Shown: one piece after another, positions 1 to 7,077 of the stretch
Numbering within the stretch: the stretch's first letter is position 1
How the letters are laid out: every line of letters begins with the position of its first letter
Assembly (NCBI GenBank): GCA_964602865.1
Contig: CAZRSX010000004.1
Coordinates: forward strand, 20,388-84,387
Reading direction: 5' to 3'
Length of the DNA stretch: 64,000 bases
Origin: an uncultured Candidatus Saccharibacteria bacterium
GTDB taxonomy: Bacteria; Patescibacteriota; Saccharimonadia; Saccharimonadales; JAGQNJ01
Notes under the pieces: generated by a model
Told to the model about the DNA's origin: nothing
The model's input: only the letters and a program-made list of their open reading frames with translations
Databases searched by the model: none
Program-made: the position numbers and the translations under genes

Positions 1-1091
1 CCGCGAGCCGCCACGTCGGTGGCCACCAAGATGTTGACTTCGCTGTTTTTGAAGCGCTTGAGAGCACGTTGGCGCTGTCCCTGCGTCTTGCCGCCATGAA
101 TCGCGTCAGTGGCAAAACCGCGAGCACTGAGTTCTTTGTGAAGCTTCTCGACATTACGCTGGGTTTCGTCAAAGACAATAATTTTCTCAACGTGGTCTTT
201 GCTCAAAATATCGTGCAGTTTGTCCATCTTTTCGCCCGCAGAACGGTATTTCACCACGTCTTGATTGACATTTTCGCTGGTGTTACTGGTCTTGACGGTC
301 ACGGTCACCGGCTCACTAGAGAATGTCTGTATGAGGTTGTTTACTTTGTTATCAAGCGTTGCCGAGAAGAAAAACGACTGGCGAGGATAAGCAAGCTTGC
401 TCAAGATCGCCGTAACGTCTTGCACAAATCCCATGTCCAGCATGCGGTCGACTTCGTCTAACACAACGGTGTTAAACCTGGCAAGGTCAAGGCTGCCGCG
501 TTCCAGGTGATCTTTGATGCGTCCTGGGGTACCGATGACGATTCGCGGGTTGTGCCGCAAATCGCGCAGTTGTCCGCCCATGTTGGTGCCACCAATCAGC
601 AGCGCACCAGTCAGCCCGCTGCTTTTACCGATAGAACGGCATTCTTGCTCGATCTGCTCAGCAAGTTCGCGAGTCGGGGCAATCATCAGCGCCCGAGAAC
701 GCGGATCATTGATGAGCTTGTGAATTGTCGGGATGGCAAAGGCCGCTGTTTTACCGGTACCAGTGTTAGCGACACCAATAACGTCTGCGCCGCTGAGGCC
801 CAGCGGAATCGTCTGGTCCTGAATAGGCGACGGCGTTACGAAGCCCTTCGCGCTCAAGTTTGCCTTGATCTTTTGGTCGATGGCAAAGTCCTGGAACTGA
901 TGTGTCGGTTCGTAAACCTCTGCCTCTGTTATTTTGGCGTTGCGGACAAAACGGGCCGGGTCGATGTACTGTGACTTTCGGCGATTACCGCCGCCACTAC
1001 GGTTGCCCCGAGTATTGCTCGGGTAACGGGCGCGTTTTCGATTGCCACCGAAGGCTGACGGACGACTTGAGTGATAGTTATTATATGACAT
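1..1091 (-). CDS. DEAD-box ATP-dependent RNA helicase (C-terminal end runs off window start)
   Basis: Absent from ORF track because truncated. Manual reverse translation from ATG at 1091 gives MSYNNYHSSRPS...VANTGTGKTAAF (motif I), PTRELA, VLDEVDRMLDMGF (motif II variant), VATDVAARG. The + ORFs 69-461 and 507-974 are antisense shadows. Confidence 0.85.
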   Translation of the reverse strand, partial: MSYNNYHSSRPSAFGGNRKRARYPSNTRGNRSGGGNRRKSQYIDPARFVRNAKITEAEVYEPTHQFQDFAIDQKIKANLSAKGFVTPSPIQDQTIPLGLSGADVIGVANTGTGKTAAFAIPTIHKLINDPRSRALMIAPTRELAEQIEQECRSIGKSSGLTGALLIGGTNMGGQLRDLRHNPRIVIGTPGRIKDHLERGSLDLARFNTVVLDEVDRMLDMGFVQDVTAILSKLAYPRQSFFFSATLDNKVNNLIQTFSSEPVTVTVKTSNTSENVNQDVVKYRSAGEKMDKLHDILSKDHVEKIIVFDETQRNVEKLHKELSARGFATDAIHGGKTQGQRQRALKRFKNSEVNILVATDVAAR

Positions 1092-1255
1092 TAAAAAATG
1101 AATCCTTAAAGTTTATTAGGTAGTGTTATCGATTGTCGGTAATGAAATCGAGTAACTTTTTTTAGGTCCTAATAACCCGGATTCATCAAAACAATAGCCT
1201 CCAGTTTACCATAACCCCTGTTCCGTGTCAACGGCAGAACCGAATTTTCTGCATC

Positions 1256-2392
1256 CTATCTAGTAGACAGGATGTCCAGGTACGCAGTATAGCTAAAACG
1301 GCGATTCCTCTTGTTGCCAGTCACTTCTTTGAGTATACCCAGATTGACAAAACGCCCAACTAGCATGTTTGATGATTTATCGGATAAGTCCGTAAGTCTG
1401 TTGACTGTTTTTATGGTAACTGTGGGGTATGCGAATAACTCGTGCAGTAGAGTTAAGCCTGTATTCATTCCTCTACCTAAATTTTTCATCTTCGCCCTAT
1501 CCCGCTCTCTTAGCTCAATAATGGACTTGGCTGTCCTCACGGCTTCATCCGCAGTTTCTATAACTCCCCTTAAAAAGAACTTAACCCATGTCTCGTAATC
1601 ACCTGAGGTTCGTACGGTTTGGAGTAGGTCATAATACTCCTGTTGGTTTTTTTTGAGAAAAAAGGAAAGATACAACAATGGTCGCTTGAGTATATCCTCA
1701 TGGCAAAGGTAAAAGGTGATTAGTAGTCGCCCCACTCGACCGTTGCCATCAAGGAACGGATGAATAGTTTCAAACTGACTATGTAGTAAAGCCGTCCTAA
1801 TAAGTGGAGGTAGGTCCTTATACTCTCTTATATAATTCTCAAATTCATACAGAGCAGGTTTCATATCGTGTACGGCAGGTGGTACGTAGATTGCGTTACC
1901 TGGCGCGCTTCCGCCTATCCAGTTTTGGGTAGTTCTAAATTCGCCAGGTGTTCTGTTCTGCCCCCTTACCCCCTCTAGTAGTCTTTTGTGAATCTCTTTT
2001 ACTAGCCTGAGACTTAGCGGTAAACCGTCTCCTGAACCCACCTGGCTTAGCCCGTAGTTCATAGCATTAATATAATTCACAACTTCGTCAACATCTGAAC
2101 GTTCGTCAACCTCTAGGTTGCCCGCTTCGTAGTCAAGGACGTCAACTAGTGTTGCTTGTGTTCCTTCGATTTGGCTCGAAATAACGGCTTCTTTGCGTAC
2201 ATACATAAAGACAAATAGTTCAGGATCTGGAATGAAATCGCCCAAGCTATCAAGCCGACCAATAGCCAAATCTGCCTGTGAGTTTAATGCCAACATTTCT
2301 CTATCGATCTTTAACTCGGGATTTGGTGGTAACTTACTTGGGTTAAAAGCTTTGTAGCCGGACGACTGTCGTAAATACACACCACTTCTCAT
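1256..2392 (-). CDS. Fic/DOC family protein (AMPylase-type)
   Basis: Canonical Fic motif HPFLDGNGRVGR in the 378-aa ORF. AT-richer than neighbours. Confidence 0.9.
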   Translation of the reverse strand: MRSGVYLRQSSGYKAFNPSKLPPNPELKIDREMLALNSQADLAIGRLDSLGDFIPDPELFVFMYVRKEAVISSQIEGTQATLVDVLDYEAGNLEVDERSDVDEVVNYINAMNYGLSQVGSGDGLPLSLRLVKEIHKRLLEGVRGQNRTPGEFRTTQNWIGGSAPGNAIYVPPAVHDMKPALYEFENYIREYKDLPPLIRTALLHSQFETIHPFLDGNGRVGRLLITFYLCHEDILKRPLLYLSFFLKKNQQEYYDLLQTVRTSGDYETWVKFFLRGVIETADEAVRTAKSIIELRERDRAKMKNLGRGMNTGLTLLHELFAYPTVTIKTVNRLTDLSDKSSNMLVGRFVNLGILKEVTGNKRNRRFSYTAYLDILSTR

Positions 2393-2416
2393 TTTTTGCC
2401 TTTCTTCATAACAGAT

Positions 2417-2445
2417 AGTATACGCTTCTTTAATATACTTTTCAA
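2417..2445 (-). promoter_or_regulatory. Candidate sigma70-type promoter of the Fic gene (TTGAAA-17-TATACT)
   Basis: Reverse strand reads cTTGAAAagtatattaaagaagcgTATACT, about 24 nt before the SD-like gaaagg and ATG 2392. Confidence 0.4.
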
Positions 2446-2514
2446 GCCTAAAGTAAAATAGTGGAATACGTTATTTTACCTTGCTACAATTACAATTTTT
2501 ATTAATTTCCTGAA

Positions 2515-2545
2515 CAAAAAAGCTCGAACTTTCGTTCAAGCTTTT
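2515..2545 (-). terminator. Intrinsic terminator after tmRNA
   Basis: Reverse strand: AAAAGCTTGAAC gaaa GTTCGAGCTTTTTT directly after the tmRNA CCA end. Confidence 0.5.
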
Positions 2546-2546
2546 G

Positions 2547-2953
2547 TGGTGGAGCTGGTGGGTACTGCCCCCACGTCCGCAAGTTTATCGATGTTAGTCT
2601 TCTACAGGTTTAGTTTGTTTGAATACTTGAAGCTATGCGTAAAAACAAACAAAAGTACATAGCTCGCAGTCCTAAAGTCTTAGCGTATCTTATGGATCAT
2701 AAGACACGAGCAACCCTGGAAATATGGCGTGCACTAACACTACCAAGATATCGCGCTAGGCACGGCTTTGGTGTTTAAACTAAAGCTGTTGCGGGTTCGC
2801 GTACACCGAAAGCAGCTTGAAGGCTGTTTACAAATGCAGTTGAAAGACCGCGGCTTTTAGAAGTTGCATCTAAAAATTTTGCCATATAACGCTTAGCAAG
2901 CGACCTGCTGATCTAACTGATAAAGTCCAACGTCGAGCTTAAAATTCAGCCCC
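2547..2953 (-). ncRNA. ssrA: tmRNA (transfer-messenger RNA)
   Basis: Reverse strand begins GGGGCTGAATTTTAAGCTCGACG and ends GGACGTGGGGGCAGTACCCACCAGCTCCACCA. The acceptor stem has the G3:U70 pair. An internal tag-like frame ends ...ATALV-TAA (stop 2775-2777). The resume codon was not determined. Confidence 0.8.
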
Positions 2954-3065
2954 GTAACAGCGTATTGTACCGCAAATCACTGTTTTTTGCAATAGCGCTC
3001 ATGCTTGCAATAGAGGTAGTTAGGGTCTATAAGTATGGTAATAATTACTAGCACAGGAGATTGAG

Positions 3066-3351
3066 ATGCCAGCAGAAAGAATAGATGAGAGCTTAGGGGT
3101 ATACAACCAAGCGAACTTTGGTCGCGTCATTACTGCCATGGTGACGCCGTTCTACGAAGACGGTTCACTCAACTTTGATATGGCTCAAGAACTCGCTGCC
3201 AGCAAAAGCGATGATGCGCCATCTCGGACTGGCAGTTGGCAGGGGTCGTTCGCCGATGGTAGTTTCACCCGAAACCGAACACGAGCTTGAGCAACGAGCT
3301 GCCGAGGTTTACCAGCAGCTTGAAGCCGCTCGGGCCAATTCTGGAATATAA
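3066..3351 (+). pseudogene. dapA: dapA (4-hydroxy-tetrahydrodipicolinate synthase) relic with large internal deletion and frame change
   Basis: N-terminus NFGRVITAMVTPFYEDGSLNFDMAQEL matches the DapA N-terminus. A second frame, (A)MMRHLGLAVGRGRSPMVVSPETEHELEQ...*, matches the DapA C-terminus (LRGLDVG..RLPLVPLTEEE). About 240 codons between are missing. Confidence 0.6.
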
Positions 3352-3369
3352 CCGGTCTTGGCTTGATTT

Positions 3370-3828
3370 TTAATTGTTGCAGCTACCGAGGCGGGTGTCT
3401 TGGCAGGCTCGCTGGTGCATGACTTCCAGCATGTCTTGGAGCGCAGCCTGTTGGCTGGGGCTAAGCCGTTCGAACACCGGTGCATGATAATCATTAAGTG
3501 CTTTCATGGCTTTATCGACCAGCGCCTCGCCCTTGGCTGACAGCCCTGTGGTTTTTTCACGGCGATCTTTTTGGTTTGCCACGCTAGTGAGATAGCCAAT
3601 TTCATGGAGCATTTTTATCTGTCGACTGACGCTAGCTTCGGTTTGGCCAAGTTTCTTGGCGATTTGCTTTTGCTGCACACCCTGATGCCACTTGAGCGCC
3701 ATCAATATCTTGAACTGCGAAAAGCCGATATCCAGGCGTTCTTGCAGCAGCAAATCCGACTGGCGATCAAGCACATTCGACAAGTGATGCAACAGATAGC
3801 CGAGATTATTAATTGGTTGTCCATTCAT
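3370..3828 (-). CDS. MarR family transcriptional regulator
   Basis: 152 aa with a winged-HTH MarR pattern (GFSQFKILMAL...QKQIAKKLGQTEASVSRQIKMLHEIGYL...DRREK). Confidence 0.85.
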   Translation of the reverse strand: MNGQPINNLGYLLHHLSNVLDRQSDLLLQERLDIGFSQFKILMALKWHQGVQQKQIAKKLGQTEASVSRQIKMLHEIGYLTSVANQKDRREKTTGLSAKGEALVDKAMKALNDYHAPVFERLSPSQQAALQDMLEVMHQRACQDTRLGSCNN

Positions 3829-3907
3829 CCCGTTAGAATCCTCCTGTTGAAATTAGTTTTTGGTTATTCATAATCGTTATGCTTGTCACGACGTGAATTC
3901 TAACGGG
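3829..3907 (-). mobile_element. Miniature derivative of the GIY-YIG cassette (11-bp inverted repeats, no nuclease ORF) on the MarR start codon
   Basis: cccgttagaat (3829-3839) and attctaacggg (3897-3907) form a perfect inverted repeat. Flanks read ATGAG / ATGAA in gene orientation. Confidence 0.5.
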
Positions 3908-3992
3908 GCTCATCACACAAAATCCCTCAATTACGTATTACTTTACGCGTTAACCATTAGCACGTCAAGTAATCTTGCGGAGTTATCCACAA

Positions 3993-4781
3993 CTATTTAT
4001 AGCTGTTATACAGAGCGTACCACTGCTCTAGGGACAGTTCTTGGGCACGAGAGTTCGGATCGATGCCTGCTTTTTGGAGTAGTTCCTCGGCCTCTGGCTT
4101 CCCCATCTGTAGTCCACCGCTCAAGCTGCTGCGGAGCTTTTTACGCCGCTCGCTAAACCCGGCTTTGACAATACGAAAAAACTGCGTCGTATCAACATCG
4201 TTAAACAGGGGTGCGTGGCGGTAGACAAGTTTGATAACCTGCGAATCGACTTTTGGGGGTGGCGTAAACAGATGCGCCGGTACGACTTCACCGAGGCTCA
4301 CTTCACAATAAAACTGCACGCTGACAGCAAGCAACGACAGCTTGCCCGGAGCAGCCGCAATTCGTTCGGCTACTTCTTTTTGTACCAGTAGCGTCAAGCT
4401 ACTGGGCGGGTTGGCGGACTCAAGCAGCACCCGGAGTAAATTGCTGGTGAGGTAATACGGAATGTTGGCAACGACTTTGTAGCCCGCAGGCAACTGACTG
4501 GTATCAAACTGCAAGATATCGTCAGGCACTACCTTGACGTTGGTACCCCCGTAACGGGCGGCTAGTTTTAGTGCCAACGTTTGGTCGTACTCGACCGCAA
4601 CCACCTTGCCAGCATGGTTGGCCAGTACTGCGGTCAGCGTGCCCGGACCCGGACCGACTTCGAGCACGGTATCATGCGCGTGCACATCGGCAAACTCGAC
4701 AATGTGCTCAAGCGTTGGCTGGTCAGTCAGCCAGTGCTGGCCAAGCGTTTTGTTGGTGTGGGGCAGATCTACAGATTTAAT
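3993..4781 (-). CDS. rsmA: 16S rRNA (adenine1518/1519-N6)-dimethyltransferase RsmA/KsgA (start uncertain)
   Basis: VLEVGPGPGTLT SAM motif and NIPYY motif. The conserved N-terminal KTLGQHWL lies upstream of the first canonical start (GTG 4685). The frame is open to a TGA at 4803-4805. Only ATT (4781) or CTG (4766) are available as starts. Confidence 0.8.
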   Translation of the reverse strand: MKSVDLPHTNKTLGQHWLTDQPTLEHIVEFADVHAHDTVLEVGPGPGTLTAVLANHAGKVVAVEYDQTLALKLAARYGGTNVKVVPDDILQFDTSQLPAGYKVVANIPYYLTSNLLRVLLESANPPSSLTLLVQKEVAERIAAAPGKLSLLAVSVQFYCEVSLGEVVPAHLFTPPPKVDSQVIKLVYRHAPLFNDVDTTQFFRIVKAGFSERRKKLRSSLSGGLQMGKPEAEELLQKAGIDPNSRAQELSLEQWYALYNSYK

Positions 4782-5191
4782 AGTTTGAGTCCTGTTTTGG
4801 GGTCAATCGATTTCGTTAAGTTATTACCGTACCACCGGTGTAAAAAGATTTCACAGGTACCGCTGACCGTGATTTCGCGGACGTGGCCGCCGATGGTGGA
4901 TAAATCACCGCGCGAGAACACGCCGTGGATGTGAAAGGCCGGTTCTGCGTCAGTCCAGGTGAGATTGCCTTGTAGGCTCAAAATCTCCAATGGTTCGTCA
5001 GCAACCTGCCATTGGTATTCTTGGGTGTTTAGATCATAAAACCCGAGCTCGGCTGCACTGGCGCCACCCAAACCACTGATCCAGCAGCTTGAGAGCTGCT
5101 CGTCTCTGGCCAGGCGCACCAGCAACTCAATGACCTTCTCGCCTCGAGAAAGCCGGACAATATGATTGTAACCATCAAAGCGAAACTTCAT
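4769..5191 (-). CDS. PPC (DUF296) domain DNA-binding-like protein
   Basis: 140 aa. Pattern ...RLSRGEKVIELL...ISGLGGASAAELGFYD...LEILSLQGNL...HIHGVFS.. is typical of the PPC/DUF296 fold. Confidence 0.65.
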   Translation of the reverse strand: MKFRFDGYNHIVRLSRGEKVIELLVRLARDEQLSSCWISGLGGASAAELGFYDLNTQEYQWQVADEPLEILSLQGNLTWTDAEPAFHIHGVFSRGDLSTIGGHVREITVSGTCEIFLHRWYGNNLTKSIDPKTGLKLLNL

Positions 5192-5256
5192 CCCGTTAGA
5201 CCTTTAGTGTTTAAAAGTACGTATACATCGTGCATCATGGCTCTAACGGGATTCAT
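5191..5256 (-). mobile_element. In-frame internal-deletion derivative of the GIY-YIG cassette on the start codon of the PPC gene
   Basis: Reverse strand: ATGAATCCCGTTAGAGCCATGATGCACGATGTATACGTACTTTTAAACACTAAAGGTCTAACGGGATGAAG. The first 24 nt are identical to 43654-43677. It encodes MNPVRAMMHDVYVLLNTKGLTG*. Confidence 0.6.
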
Positions 5257-5286
5257 AGGTATAGTGTAGCAGAAGTAGATTGGAGG

Positions 5287-6537
5287 CTAGTACCAGCCTT
5301 GGCCTTGGAAGGTGTTCCAGGCGCCACACGGATTGCCGTAGCGGCCGGCCACATAGCCAAGCCCCCAGGTAATTTGGGTCGACGGATTAAATCGCCAATC
5401 GGCGCCAGCCGAGGCCATCTTTGAGCCGGGCAGTGCTTGCGGGATACCGTAGGCGCCGGTCATCGGGTTACCAGCGGTTGTACTCCAGCCGGACTCACGA
5501 CTCCAAAGCTGGTAGAGGCAGTAGAACTGGTCTTCGCCCCAACCGCGGGCGGCGGCCAGGCGGCGGCCAATTTGAACGTTTTCTGATGGGTCGGTCACTA
5601 CCACTTTGGTGCCTCGCGCCACGATCCGCGGTACTGGTTGCAGCGCTACGACGGATTGAATTTTCTTGCGTGAGACTTCCTCGCCGTTTTCCAGTTGAAT
5701 ATCATAGGTCACAACGCGGCGGCCAGGTTGGCCTGCTTCGCGCAGCTCTTCAACCCCTTGGAATAAGTTTGGATCGTCAATGTACTCAGTTGGTGCTGGT
5801 ATTCGCTCCTCTGTTGTGGTGATAGTTTGGCCGGGCCGCGTAATGACGATTTTTGTAGATTTTGTCAGTGCCGTATCAAGCGCTGGCGTCACCGCATCGC
5901 CCTCAGACAGCACCACTTCTTTTTCTTTGAGCAAATCTTCCACTGTTTTGGCTTGGGTACGCACGGGCAGTACTTGGCCATACAAAATCAACGTTACCGG
6001 TGTGGCGCGATTGATACGGTAGTACTCTGCAAAACCGCTGGCAATCACATCTGTTGGGCTTTCCGGGACGACGTGGTCTTCAGGAAAGACAACAATGCCG
6101 GCGTTGCGGGCAATAATGCGTGGCGACCGTGAAGCGGTGTCAACACTAATGCTGCGCTTGCCGTCCTGAATGACAACTTCACGCGTACGGTAGATGTTGA
6201 CGTTGAAATCGTCTTGGTAAATCGGCGTATCCAGAGCCGGTTCAACCACATCGCCGTCGTTGACCATGATATCGAGTTTGTCCAGCAGTTCAGCAACGGT
6301 TTTGGCACGCGTCGGCACGGTACGCTCTTCGTCATCGACAAAGACATGCACCACGCGCGAGTCAGCCGGACCAATCGTCTGTGCGTTAAAGCCAACGATA
6401 GCTACGAGCGCAATAATAACCAGTAGCAACAGTGTAATGACCGGCACCACAAAGGGATGTTTTTTGAGTTCAAAAAAACGCTGTTTGTGCCGCTGGATTG
6501 TTGTTTCTTGTTCAATGGTTGCCATAGTTCGTGTCAC
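5287..6537 (-). CDS. RpfB/YabE-like cell-wall protein (DUF348 repeats, G5 domain, C-terminal lytic-transglycosylase-like domain)
   Basis: N-terminal TM segment, repeated DUF348-like modules, and a G5-like segment. The C-terminus is LWSRESGWSTTAGNPMTGAYGIPQALPGSKM...WGLGYVAGRYGNPCGAW. Confidence 0.65.
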   Translation of the reverse strand: MTRTMATIEQETTIQRHKQRFFELKKHPFVVPVITLLLLVIIALVAIVGFNAQTIGPADSRVVHVFVDDEERTVPTRAKTVAELLDKLDIMVNDGDVVEPALDTPIYQDDFNVNIYRTREVVIQDGKRSISVDTASRSPRIIARNAGIVVFPEDHVVPESPTDVIASGFAEYYRINRATPVTLILYGQVLPVRTQAKTVEDLLKEKEVVLSEGDAVTPALDTALTKSTKIVITRPGQTITTTEERIPAPTEYIDDPNLFQGVEELREAGQPGRRVVTYDIQLENGEEVSRKKIQSVVALQPVPRIVARGTKVVVTDPSENVQIGRRLAAARGWGEDQFYCLYQLWSRESGWSTTAGNPMTGAYGIPQALPGSKMASAGADWRFNPSTQITWGLGYVAGRYGNPCGAWNTFQGQGWY

Positions 6538-6609
6538 TGGAATGAGGATGCGTGCCCTTCATTTGTATGCGCAAAATCCCCAGAAAGTGCTACCGTTTAT
6601 TGTACCAAA

Positions 6610-7077
6610 TCAGCCTTCTGCTCGCCACGCTGCGATCGTATCAAGCGTGTGGGCTTGGGCATTTTTTGGAGTGAGCGACTCCAGCGGTAACCACTGTGCC
6701 TCGATAATTTCCCAGTGCCGCGGCTTCAATGGTGCTGGCTTATTGAGCATGGCAAAAAACTGATGATAGGTAAATTTCAACCCATGTTGGTTTTGCTGCG
6801 CTATTCCGAGCGGTTGAATCTTGTCTGGGGCGAGCTGTATACCGGTTTCTTCATACAGCTCCCGCGCGACGCCCTGCTTTGGATTCTCACGTCGGTGTAA
6901 ACCACCGCCTGGCAGCGACCAGCTGCCGTCACTCAACCAGCCGCGCAGCACCAAAACCTTACCATCAGCCATCACCAAAATCCGGGTACGAGGTTGGTAG
7001 CGCAAATAAACATGGAGGAACGGTACTGTTGCCCAAAAAGCCAGTCGACTTATAAAAAGCCTGGTTTTTTGCATCAT
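6610..7077 (-). CDS. NUDIX hydrolase
   Basis: Nudix box GGGLHRRENPKQGVARELYEETGI. Confidence 0.85.
   Translation of the reverse strand: MMQKTRLFISRLAFWATVPFLHVYLRYQPRTRILVMADGKVLVLRGWLSDGSWSLPGGGLHRRENPKQGVARELYEETGIQLAPDKIQPLGIAQQNQHGLKFTYHQFFAMLNKPAPLKPRHWEIIEAQWLPLESLTPKNAQAHTLDTIAAWRAEG

Noticed and set aside
69-974. The + strand ORFs 69-461, 507-974, 514-723 and 902-1123
   Set aside because: They lie antisense to a clearly recognisable DEAD-box helicase reading frame and have no motifs of their own.
4779-4805. Possibility that TGA is recoded (genetic code 25/4), which would extend rsmA upstream
   Set aside because: Many well-defined genes in the window terminate at TGA at the expected lengths (for example vapC, the GIY-YIG gene and several enzymes). 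The standard code fits.
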